A stretch of DNA of 64,000 nt. It comes from Candidatus Aldehydirespiratoraceae bacterium (lineage in GTDB: Bacteria; Actinomycetota; Acidimicrobiia; Acidimicrobiales; Aldehydirespiratoraceae). Shown one piece after another: positions 14,355 to 22,570 of this stretch; within the stretch, counting starts at the first letter, position 1; every line of letters starts with the position of its first letter. The stretch is from assembly GCA_965214565.1 (NCBI GenBank), contig OZ243951.1, forward strand, positions 2,579,166-2,643,165. The letters run 5' to 3'. The position numbers were made by a program, and so were the translations under genes. Under the pieces are notes generated by a model. It made no database searches. It saw only the letters and a program-made list of their open reading frames with translations, and was not told the DNA's origin.

Positions 14355-15512
14355 ATGACCGACTCTTTGCGATCCGCTGGGCCTCTGGTGTCCGCAGACG
14401 CCCGCCGGATCGCGATCGAAGTGGTGGTTCGCATCGAGTCGGAAGGCGCCTACGCCAACGTTCTGCTGCCGAGAATGCTGGCTAAGACAGAACTTGAAAC
14501 TCGCGACAGGGGATTGGTGACCGAGTTGGTCTACGGGTCCACTCGACGCAAGCGGGCTCTTGACCATGTCGTGGACCGCTTCCTCATGTCCGATCCACCT
14601 CCGATTGCGCGCGCCGCCCTCCGCGTCGGCGCACATCAGCTCATTGAGATGGGCACACCACCGCACGCCGCGGTGTCGACGACGGTACAGGCGACCCCGA
14701 AGAGGTTCCGCGGGCTCGTCAACGCCGTTCTGCGAAAGGTCGCGACCGCGGCTTCGGCTGGTATCGAATATCCGAGCCGGGCAGTCGCGTTGAGCTATCC
14801 GGACTGGATCGTGCGTCGCCTGATCGAGGAACTGGGTGAACAGCGAGCCCTGGATGCCCTGAGCGCGATGAACCTCCCGGCTCGTAGCCATCGTCGCGAG
14901 GACGGCTACATCCAGGACCAGAGTTCGCAGCAGGTCGCCGCCCTCGTTCCGGCGGCGCGCGGTGACCTGGTGCTGGACCTCTGCGCCGCCCCGGGCGGAA
15001 AGTCAACAGAGATTGCTGGCCGGGGAGCGTCGGTGGTCGCGGTGGATCTGCACCCCGGCCGCGCCGGCCTGATAGCAGGCAACGTCCACCGTCTGGGGTA
15101 CCGCGGTCAGCTTGAGGACAATGGTGTGGCGGTCGTTGTAGCTGACGGCACTGCACCGCCGTTTCCGCCCGGCACGTTTGACGCTGTGCTGGTCGACGCG
15201 CCGTGTTCGGGTCTGGGCGCGCTGCGTCGTCGCCCGGACGCCCGTTGGCGGATCAAACCCACCGATATCGGCGTCCTGGCAGCTCTGCAGCAAAGGCTGT
15301 TGGAGAGCGCTGCGCCGCTGGTGGCACCGGGAGGAACGCTAGTCTACAGCGTCTGCACACTCAGTTTCGCAGAGACCAACGAGGTTGTCACCGCGACCGG
15401 CGCAGAGCTTGCTGCGCTCAGTTTCACCGAGCAGTCAAGCAGTCTGCTGGTGCCCACCGTCGACCGGGACGGCATGTTCTGGTCAGTCTGGAGCCGCGCG
15501 GGAGGCCACTAG
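14355..15512 (+). CDS. rsmB: 16S rRNA (cytosine-C5)-methyltransferase, RsmB/Sun family (lacks the long NusB-like extension)
   Basis: ...DLCAAPGGKS...VLVDAPCSGLGALRRRPD...LVYSVCT...; def-fmt-rsmB synteny. Confidence 0.88.
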   Translation: MTDSLRSAGPLVSADARRIAIEVVVRIESEGAYANVLLPRMLAKTELETRDRGLVTELVYGSTRRKRALDHVVDRFLMSDPPPIARAALRVGAHQLIEMGTPPHAAVSTTVQATPKRFRGLVNAVLRKVATAASAGIEYPSRAVALSYPDWIVRRLIEELGEQRALDALSAMNLPARSHRREDGYIQDQSSQQVAALVPAARGDLVLDLCAAPGGKSTEIAGRGASVVAVDLHPGRAGLIAGNVHRLGYRGQLEDNGVAVVVADGTAPPFPPGTFDAVLVDAPCSGLGALRRRPDARWRIKPTDIGVLAALQQRLLESAAPLVAPGGTLVYSVCTLSFAETNEVVTATGAELAALSFTEQSSSLLVPTVDRDGMFWSVWSRAGGH

Positions 15513-15556
15513 CCCTGGTCGCGATGGTCACAACCTGTCACGCACGCGGGCGCAGC

Positions 15557-15661
15557 CGATGGTTTGCGGGCCACGTCGAGACAGTGGTGAGCCGGGACAT
15601 CGCCGAACTCGGCGACATCCGGCGTGCCGCCATATTGCCGCAGATGCTGCGACTCGCTTCG
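15557..15661 (+). pseudogene. possible relic of a DUF4143-type AAA ATPase gene
   Basis: About 35 codons, RWFAGHVETVVSRDIAELGDIRRAAILPQMLRLAS, resemble the Y..tY.eRDv..l..I.....f..flrl.A segment of that family. There is no start and no N- or C-terminal remainder. Confidence 0.3.
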
Positions 15662-15759
15662 CCCCGTCCTGAGCGTCCCCCGCCTGAGCGCGGAAGCGAA
15701 GGGTCGACGGTATATCCGCGCCTTACCACTCGTGGGTGTTGCGCGTATATCGTCGAGGC

Positions 15760-16320
15760 ATGGCCCACGACCACGGCGACGATTCCCCCCACGAGTACAG
15801 CAATGGCCACGATTTGCCGCATGGGGACGACACGGTTGAGGCGCCTCTTTTGGCGAAAGTTCTGACGGTCTCAGACGGTGTGGTGCACGGCACCCGCGAG
15901 GACCGCTCTGGAGAGGCTCTGCAGACTCGCCTTACCGCAGCGGGCTGGACCGTCGAGCAACGGACGGTGACCTCCGACGGTGAACGCCCCGTTGCCGAGA
16001 CCCTGACACGTCTGGCGCAGGACTTCCACGGCCTGATCGTCACCACGGGCGGCACAGGGTTCGGCCCCCGCGACCAGACCCCCGAAGGCACCCGGGCAGT
16101 GATCGACCGCGAGGCCCCGGGGTTGGCGGAGGTCATGCGACTGGTGAACCCACTCGGACGGTTGAGCCGTGGAGTGGCCGGAACCCTCGGCACCGCCCTG
16201 ATCCTCAACACTCCGGGATCATCGAAGGGATGCATTGAGACTCTAGAAGCGGTACTTGACGTGCTCCCCCACGCGGTCCGGCTGCTGGTCGACAACGCCG
16301 ATCCCCACCCTCACAGCTAG
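15760..16320 (+). CDS. mogA: molybdenum cofactor biosynthesis protein MogA/MoaB family
   Basis: ...VLTVSDG...REDRSGEAL...IVTTGGTGFGPRDQTPE...PGLAEVMR...PGS.KG. Confidence 0.85.
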   Translation: MAHDHGDDSPHEYSNGHDLPHGDDTVEAPLLAKVLTVSDGVVHGTREDRSGEALQTRLTAAGWTVEQRTVTSDGERPVAETLTRLAQDFHGLIVTTGGTGFGPRDQTPEGTRAVIDREAPGLAEVMRLVNPLGRLSRGVAGTLGTALILNTPGSSKGCIETLEAVLDVLPHAVRLLVDNADPHPHS

Positions 16321-16325
16321 CGGGG

Positions 16326-17345
16326 TTGTGTGTGAACCTCGACGAGCACTACATGGGGCTCGCGATCGAAGCGGCTCGACAGGCTCGGCATCGAAGCTCC
16401 CCGAACCCGTGGGTCGGGGCGGTGCTGCTCCAGACCGACGGTACGGTCGTATCGGGTGCGACGAAGCCGCCCGGAGGAGCCCACGCCGAGGTTGTGGCCC
16501 TCACCGAAGCGTCGCAGACACGGGGCGCGACCCTCTACAGCACGCTTGAACCCTGCAACCACAGTGGCCGAACCGGTCCCTGTACGGAGGCATTGATCGA
16601 AGCGGGGGTCACCCGGGTCGTCGGGGCGATCGAAGATCCGGACCTGTTGGTCGCAGGCCGCGGCTTCGAGCGCCTCCGTCAGGCTGGCATCGAAGTCACC
16701 GTCGGTGTGCGCGCCGCGGAGGTCAATGCACAGCTGCGGCCGTACCTGCACCATCGTCGAACCAACCGGCCGTGGGTGGTGCTGAAACTGGCGGTAACCC
16801 TCGACGGCCGCACAGCCGCGCCCGACTCAACGTCTAAGTGGATCACCGGAAGGGCCGCACGGACCGATGTTCACCACCTGAGAGCAGTCTCTGACGCCAT
16901 TGTGGTGGGTGCGGGTACTGTCTGCAGCGACGATCCGTCGTTGAGGGTGCGCCACTGGCCCGGAGACGACCGAACCGTTGACCCCCGAGAGGTTGTGAGC
17001 CCTAGCCGGGTGGTTCTCGGTGCGGTCCCGGCCGACGCCAAGATCCACCCCTGTCTCGAATGGGACGGAGGACTCGAGGAACTGCTGTTGCACCTAGGTG
17101 GCGTCGGAGTGGTGCAGTTGATGGTGGAGGGCGGCCCGACTGTGGCGCACTCCTTCCACAGCGCAGGTTTGGTCGACCAATACGTCGTCTACCTAGCGGC
17201 GGCGGTCATGGGCGGCGACGACGGAGCCCCGCTTCTGCGCGGGCCCGGTGCCACGACCATCGACGAGGTCTGGCGCGGCAGGATTGAAGAAGTTCGGAAA
17301 CTGGAAGACGACCTGAGGATCGATGTCGTGAAAAACCCCTCCTAG
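16326..17345 (+). CDS. ribD: bifunctional riboflavin biosynthesis deaminase/reductase
   Basis: ...SPNPWVGAV...HAEVVAL...LEPCNHSGRTGPC... plus a C-terminal RibD_C reductase domain. Confidence 0.93.
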   Translation: MCVNLDEHYMGLAIEAARQARHRSSPNPWVGAVLLQTDGTVVSGATKPPGGAHAEVVALTEASQTRGATLYSTLEPCNHSGRTGPCTEALIEAGVTRVVGAIEDPDLLVAGRGFERLRQAGIEVTVGVRAAEVNAQLRPYLHHRRTNRPWVVLKLAVTLDGRTAAPDSTSKWITGRAARTDVHHLRAVSDAIVVGAGTVCSDDPSLRVRHWPGDDRTVDPREVVSPSRVVLGAVPADAKIHPCLEWDGGLEELLLHLGGVGVVQLMVEGGPTVAHSFHSAGLVDQYVVYLAAAVMGGDDGAPLLRGPGATTIDEVWRGRIEEVRKLEDDLRIDVVKNPS

Positions 17346-17371
17346 TTGCACAGCGCGGCGCTACCCTCGGC

Positions 17372-18250
17372 GTGGTGTTGAAACTGGTCATCCCCAAAGG
17401 GTCGCTCGAGAAAGCGACGTTGGAACTCTTCGAAGCGGCTGATCTGACTGTCGAGCGCGCTTCGTCTGTCGCCTACAAGGGGTCGATTGCTGATCCTCGT
17501 ATCGATTCGGTTCGTATTCTGCGTCCCCAGGAGATTCCGGGATATGTCGCGGACGGACTGTTCGATCTTGGGATTACCGGTCGAGACTGGATCGAGGAGA
17601 CCAACAGCGACGTCGAGAGCCTTGGAGAACTCAAGTATTCCAAGGCGACTTCGCGTCCGATTCAGATTGTGCTGGCAGTTCCCCAGGGGTCGCCCTGGGA
17701 GTCAGTCACGGATCTTCCTGACGGCGTCAGAGTCTCCACAGAGTATCCCGAGATCACCCGGCGGTTCTTTGAAGAGGCCGGGATCGATGCCGACATCCGT
17801 CTCAGCTACGGAGCGACTGAGGCGAAGGTCCCCGACATCGTCGACCTGGTCGTCGACATCACAGAGACGGGACGGGCGTTGCGCGCCGCGGGCCTGCGAA
17901 TTATCGAAACGCTTTGCACCTCCTACACCGAACTGATCGCCAACCCCGCATCGTTCGCCGACCCGGCCAAGGCGCACGCAATGCGTCAGGTCAACACGCT
18001 GCTGCAGGGTGTGCTCGAGGCGCGGGGCAAGGTGCTGGTCAAGATGAACGTGCCGGCAGAGCGCCTTGATGAAGTGATTGAGCTGCTTCCCTCCATGAAG
18101 TCCCCCACGGTCAACGAGCTCTTTCGAGGCGCGGGATATGCGGTTGAGACCGTTGTGGCCAAGTCTGAGATCAACATCTTGATCCCGGCACTGCGTGATC
18201 ATGGGGCGAGCGACATCGTCGAGCTGCCGATCGCCAAGATCGTTGCCTGA
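17372..18250 (+). CDS. hisG: ATP phosphoribosyltransferase, long form
   Basis: ...LKLVIPKGSLEKATLELF...LGITGRDW...DLVVDITETGRAL... with a C-terminal regulatory domain. Confidence 0.92.
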   Translation: MVLKLVIPKGSLEKATLELFEAADLTVERASSVAYKGSIADPRIDSVRILRPQEIPGYVADGLFDLGITGRDWIEETNSDVESLGELKYSKATSRPIQIVLAVPQGSPWESVTDLPDGVRVSTEYPEITRRFFEEAGIDADIRLSYGATEAKVPDIVDLVVDITETGRALRAAGLRIIETLCTSYTELIANPASFADPAKAHAMRQVNTLLQGVLEARGKVLVKMNVPAERLDEVIELLPSMKSPTVNELFRGAGYAVETVVAKSEINILIPALRDHGASDIVELPIAKIVA

Positions 18251-18264
18251 ACCCCGGACGATTC

Positions 18265-18729
18265 TCAGTCGGAACCGGCCCCAGCCCGGCCCTTGATCTG
18301 CACGAACGCCATGCGGACCTGGTCGAGAGCATGGGACACTGCTGCTTCGTCGTCGCCGAGCCGCCCCGACAGACCGTCGACGAGGGCGCTCAAAGCGTCG
18401 ATGGCCACTGTCGCCTCAGCAAAGTTGGGGTTCTGCGCTGAGAGATGGAGCGCCGCCAGCTCGTACAGACCCATGGCGTGGTTTGCGACGATTGTGGCGG
18501 CGGGAGTGTTGATAAGCCGTTCGCGGGCCTCGGCCATCTCCTTGACCATCTCCTCGGCTGTCGCCCGCTCGGTGGGACTCAGATCGTCGAGGCTCATTCC
18601 CTCCGGTAGGGCGGCTGCTATCTCGTCATCGAGGCTCTTGTCTGGTGTCGGCACAGCACCGTCAGCGGGATCGGATGGTGTCGGGCGATCTACGGGGTGT
18701 TCCCCGCCGGGTGTCCACAAAGAACTCAT
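18265..18729 (-). CDS. DUF1844-like conserved actinobacterial protein
   Basis: ...IVANHAMGLYELAALHL...ALVDGL...; conserved position divergent from infC. Confidence 0.7.
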   Translation of the reverse strand: MSSLWTPGGEHPVDRPTPSDPADGAVPTPDKSLDDEIAAALPEGMSLDDLSPTERATAEEMVKEMAEARERLINTPAATIVANHAMGLYELAALHLSAQNPNFAEATVAIDALSALVDGLSGRLGDDEAAVSHALDQVRMAFVQIKGRAGAGSD

Positions 18730-18938
18730 GCTGATACGCTATCGCTGACAATTCCAACACCGAAGTGGGGGAATCCCGAAGGGAGCCTCCCCACCTGGCC
18801 ACAGATCGTCGGTTTCGGCGGTCACCGTGCGTCCAGGTCGACGAATCGGCAACGCTCCGAGTGGGTGTGATCGTGGATGTCGACATTCCGGTATCCACTA
18901 CACGACGGAGGTTTCGTGCTCACGAGGAGTCCAGGGCG

Positions 18939-19553
18939 ATAGCACCGCCAAACAACGAGCCAAGGATCAACGAACGGATCCGAGCCAGAGAAGTCCGACT
19001 TGTCGGGCAGGACGGCGAGCAGATTGGCATAACATCACTATCCGAAGCGCGCAACATCGCTCAAGCCGCAGATCTCGACTTAGTCGAGGTGGCGGAGCAG
19101 GCCAACCCCCCGGTCTGCCGGATCATGGATTACGGCAAATGGCGATACGAAGCCGACCAGCGGGCCAAAGAATCCAAGAAGAAGTCTTCCAACCTAACGG
19201 TCAAGGAGATGAAGTACCGACCCAAGATCGGGCCCGGCGACTTCGACACCAAGACCCGCAAGGTGGCCGAGTTCCTCGGCGGAGGGCATAAGGTCAAGGT
19301 CACGATCATGTTCCGAGGTCGAGAGATGCAGCATCCCGAACTGGGTCGCCAGATTCTTGATCGGGTGTCCGACGCTGTGGCCCATGTCGGCAAGGTTGAG
19401 TTCCATCCTCGCCAGGACGGCCGCAACATGGTGATGGTGTTGGCCCCCGACAAACGGGCCCAAGCTCGTCATGAGAAACAGAAACGCAGAGAGGTGGAGG
19501 ACTCGGCCGCAGTGACCGAGCCGGATACCGCACAGCAAACACCAACCGAGTGA
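18939..19553 (+). CDS. infC: translation initiation factor IF-3 (probable non-canonical ATA start)
   Basis: ...INERIRAREVRLVGQDGEQIGI...LDLVEV...PPVCRIMDYGKWRYE.... The track start 18765 adds about 58 non-conserved residues. In-frame ATA at 18939 lies 9 nt after GAGGAG. Confidence 0.85.
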   Translation: MAPPNNEPRINERIRAREVRLVGQDGEQIGITSLSEARNIAQAADLDLVEVAEQANPPVCRIMDYGKWRYEADQRAKESKKKSSNLTVKEMKYRPKIGPGDFDTKTRKVAEFLGGGHKVKVTIMFRGREMQHPELGRQILDRVSDAVAHVGKVEFHPRQDGRNMVMVLAPDKRAQARHEKQKRREVEDSAAVTEPDTAQQTPTE

Positions 19554-19625
19554 TCTGTCGGCGGCAGCACCGCCGGGGATCGTCCAAATCCATAGAACCG
19601 AGAATCACAGAGAACCGAGTATCAA

Positions 19626-19817
19626 ATGCCCAAGATGAAGACGCACAAGGGTGCACAGGCCCGCTTCAAGCGCACCGGCTCAGGCAAGCTGAAGCGTCGC
19701 AGCCAGAACAAGAACCACATCCTCGAGAAGAAGTCCCCGAAGCGCAAACGCCAGCTTCGCAGGCCGGCTTCGGTGTCTCCAGCTGACGAGCCGCGCATCC
19801 GCGACCTCGGCATCTGA
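19626..19817 (+). CDS. rpmI: 50S ribosomal protein L35
   Basis: [24 protein letters not shown]... Confidence 0.95.
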   Translation: MPKMKTHKGAQARFKRTGSGKLKRRSQNKNHILEKKSPKRKRQLRRPASVSPADEPRIRDLGI

Positions 19818-19891
19818 AGCGCGACCACTGAAGCCGCGTCCACCGGGCCGCATCCAACGAATCCGCCTAGAACAGGGAAAGGGAGCACACA

Positions 19892-20254
19892 ATGGCAAGA
19901 GCTAAACGCGCCGTACATTCCAAGAAACACCGCCGGGTCGTCCTTGAACGGGCAAAAGGCCATTACGGCAACCGTTCGCGCAGTTTCAAGTCAGCGAACG
20001 AGTCGGTCATGCACGCGGGCAACTACGCGTTTCGTGACCGCCGTGCTCGCAAGGGCCAGTTCCGCAAGCTGTGGATTCAGCGAATCAACGCGGCCTGCCG
20101 TGAGAACGGCACCTCCTACAGCCGCTTCATCGCAGGTCTGAAGGCCGCGGAGATAGAGGTTGACCGCAAAATGCTGTCAGAGACCGCGATCCACGATCCC
20201 GCCACGTTCACGGTGCTCGTCGAGACGGCCAATGGAGCGCTGGCCGACGCCTGA
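19892..20254 (+). CDS. rplT: 50S ribosomal protein L20
   Basis: MARAKRAVHSKKHRR...AFRDRRARKGQFRKLWIQRINAA... Confidence 0.96.
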   Translation: MARAKRAVHSKKHRRVVLERAKGHYGNRSRSFKSANESVMHAGNYAFRDRRARKGQFRKLWIQRINAACRENGTSYSRFIAGLKAAEIEVDRKMLSETAIHDPATFTVLVETANGALADA

Positions 20255-20295
20255 GCGCGGTTCGGATCAGACAAGCGAGCGACACCCCGCTCAGA

Positions 20296-21099
20296 ATGGA
20301 CCGAGACCCCGTCAAGGGTCCGAACAATCGCCGAGTCGTGGAACTGCGGCGTCTCATCGACCGGCCGGGCGCCAACCCCGCCGAGACTGTGCTTGAAGGG
20401 GAGCGGACAATAGGAGAGGCGCTCGACGCTGGAATACGCCTGACCACGGTCGTGGTCCCGGAACGCGGGATCGAAGGCTTCGACAGATCTTCGTTGCGTC
20501 CGCGCCTCGACGACTCCGTTGAGGTTCTGGTGGTTCGGGACAAGGCTTTCGAGCGGTTGGCTCCGTCGGTGACGCCTCAGCCGATGTTGGCGGTGATCGA
20601 ACGCCCGGTAGCTCGGATCCCGCCCGACTTCGGCGTCGACGACTTCGCACTGGTGCTCGTCGGAGTTGCTGACCCGGGCAATGTCGGCACGCTCATCAGG
20701 GTCGCCGACGCGACAGGCGCGGTTTGCGTGGTGGAGGTCGGCGGCGCGGACCCGTGGCGCCCTAAGGCTGTTCGTGCCTCGGCAGGTTCGGTGCTGCGAG
20801 TCCCTGTGGTGAGCGGATACGACGTGCATGAGACGTTGCGTCGGCTCCGTGGCGCTGGGGCCAAGATCGTCGCTACCGACGTGCGTGAGGGACTGCGCCA
20901 CGACAGCGGCGTGCTCAAAGGGCCGTTGGCGATAGTGCTCGGCTCGGAGTCCGGCGGCCTAGACCGTTCCATCGATCCGCTGGTCGATGTGCAGGTTCGC
21001 ATAGACATGCCCGGCAACGCTGAATCACTCAACGTGGCGATGGCGGGCACGTTGCTGGCCTTCGAGGCCAGCAAGAATCAGCAAGTTCGTGAGCAGTAG
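20296..21099 (+). CDS. TrmH family RNA methyltransferase (TsnR-like, group 3)
   Basis: ...GVADPGNVGTLIRVADA...AIVLGSESGGL...IDMPGNAESLNVAMAGTLLAFE; conserved after rplT. Confidence 0.85.
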   Translation: MDRDPVKGPNNRRVVELRRLIDRPGANPAETVLEGERTIGEALDAGIRLTTVVVPERGIEGFDRSSLRPRLDDSVEVLVVRDKAFERLAPSVTPQPMLAVIERPVARIPPDFGVDDFALVLVGVADPGNVGTLIRVADATGAVCVVEVGGADPWRPKAVRASAGSVLRVPVVSGYDVHETLRRLRGAGAKIVATDVREGLRHDSGVLKGPLAIVLGSESGGLDRSIDPLVDVQVRIDMPGNAESLNVAMAGTLLAFEASKNQQVREQ

Positions 21100-21171
21100 G
21101 CAGCTCTCTTGGCGAAGAGACGTCGCTCTCTGCTCCTGTTCGTTTCGCGCGCTGGACCGCTGGGGCAGGGG

Positions 21172-21453
21172 CTACGAAGCCAGCAGGTCGGCGTCTTCGG
21201 GATGATCGCGGATGTAGGCAGCGGCGAATCCGCACAGGGGCAGGATTGTCCTGTTGTTGGCCCGCAGGTCGTCGAGCATGCCCCGCATCAGTTCGTCGGC
21301 CATCCCCCGGCCCCGCATCGACGGGTCCGTCTCCACATGGGGCACCACCAACGTTTTGCCGTCGATCCGGTAGTCGGCGATCGACACGATGCGGTCGTCG
21401 ACCACCAGTTCATAGCGTTGACGTATCGGATTGTCTCGAACTTCGAAGGTCAC
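21172..21453 (-). CDS. small GNAT-like N-acetyltransferase (YjdJ-type)
   Basis: ...NPIRQRYELVVDD...VVPHVETDPSMRGRGMADELMRGMLDDLR...ILPLCGFAAAYIR.HPE. Start trimmed to GTG 21453 to avoid the pheS overlap. Confidence 0.7.
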   Translation of the reverse strand: MTFEVRDNPIRQRYELVVDDRIVSIADYRIDGKTLVVPHVETDPSMRGRGMADELMRGMLDDLRANNRTILPLCGFAAAYIRDHPEDADLLAS

Positions 21454-21513
21454 GCAACGAAGTCTCCCAGATAATGGGAGCCAACGCGTCAACCCACCTC
21501 GTAACCTGTTCGG

Positions 21514-22515
21514 TTGATGATTGAGACGCTCCGCCAGACCGCCGCTGAGGCGCGGGCCCGACTGGCCGAAGTCGCCGACCTTAATGCGCTGGTGCAACTC
21601 GACGTCGAGTTCCTAGGCAAGAAGTCCGCGCTGACCCTCGCCAAACGGCAGCTCGGGTCGCTCGCTCCCGAACAGCGCAGAGCCACCGGCCAGGCGCTGA
21701 ACGAGATCCGCGCGGCGATCGAGGGTGCGGTCGGTGCTGCCCGGGAACGCCTGGAGCGGGCCGCGCTGAACGAGCAGCTCGAGGCTGAGAGGCTTGATCT
21801 CACCGAATTCCGCCGAACCGCACGACGCGGTTCGCTCCACCTCGTCACCCAGGCCCGCGACCGGCTCGAAGACGTCTTCGTCGGGATGGGATTCACAGTC
21901 GCCGAGGGCCCCGAAGTTGAATCTGCCTGGTACAACTTCGAGGCGCTCAACATTCCTGAGTGGCATCCGGCCCGCGGCAGTTTCGACACGATCTTCGTGA
22001 ACCTGGGAGAGCCTGAGGAGGTGATGCTCCGTTCGCATACCTCCCCGGTCCAGATCCGCACGATGGAGAATCAGAAGCCGCCCATCTACATTGTCGCACC
22101 GGGCAGGACGTTTCGGACCGACACTGCCGATGCGACCCACCTTCCGGCCTTCAACCAGATTGAGGGCCTGGTGGTAGACCGGGGGATCACCATGGGCGAT
22201 CTGGCGGGGACGATCGACGAGTTCGTGCACGCCTTCTTCGGTGGCGGCGTCAAGAGCCGACTGCGCCCCTCGTACTTCCCGTTCACCGAGCCGAGCGCAG
22301 AGTTCGACATCTCCCGCGCCGACGGAACATGGCTGGAATTGGGCGGGTGCGGCATGGTGCATCCCAACGTTCTGCGCAACTGCGGAATCGACCCCGAAGA
22401 ATGGCAGGGGTTCGCGTTCGGTTTCGGCATCGACCGCCTGGCAGTGATGCGCCACGAACTCGACGACATCCGTGAACTTGTAAACAACGACGTGCGGTTC
22501 TTGAGGCAGTTCTGA
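21514..22515 (+). CDS. pheS: phenylalanine--tRNA ligase alpha subunit
   Basis: ...LRSHTSPVQIR...APGRTFRTD.DATH.P.FNQIEGL...FPFTEPSAE...GCGMVHP.VL... Confidence 0.96.
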   Translation: MMIETLRQTAAEARARLAEVADLNALVQLDVEFLGKKSALTLAKRQLGSLAPEQRRATGQALNEIRAAIEGAVGAARERLERAALNEQLEAERLDLTEFRRTARRGSLHLVTQARDRLEDVFVGMGFTVAEGPEVESAWYNFEALNIPEWHPARGSFDTIFVNLGEPEEVMLRSHTSPVQIRTMENQKPPIYIVAPGRTFRTDTADATHLPAFNQIEGLVVDRGITMGDLAGTIDEFVHAFFGGGVKSRLRPSYFPFTEPSAEFDISRADGTWLELGGCGMVHPNVLRNCGIDPEEWQGFAFGFGIDRLAVMRHELDDIRELVNNDVRFLRQF

Positions 22516-22570
22516 TGAAGGTGACCCAATGAAGGTGATCCTATGAAAGTGACCCTATGAAAGTGACGTT
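22515..22570 (+). repeat. 14-bp tandem repeat x4 (ATGAARGTGAYSYT) at the pheS/pheT junction
   Basis: Read directly. ATGs at 22515, 22529, 22543 and 22557; the first three open 5-codon ORFs (MKVTQ, MKVIL, MKVTL), each ending in a TGA that overlaps the next ATG. Confidence 0.95.

Noticed and set aside
15203-15865. 220-aa ORF spanning the rsmB 3' end to mogA.
   Set aside because: It overlaps rsmB and mogA in other frames and is Arg-rich noise, apart from the short DUF4143-like stretch reported separately.
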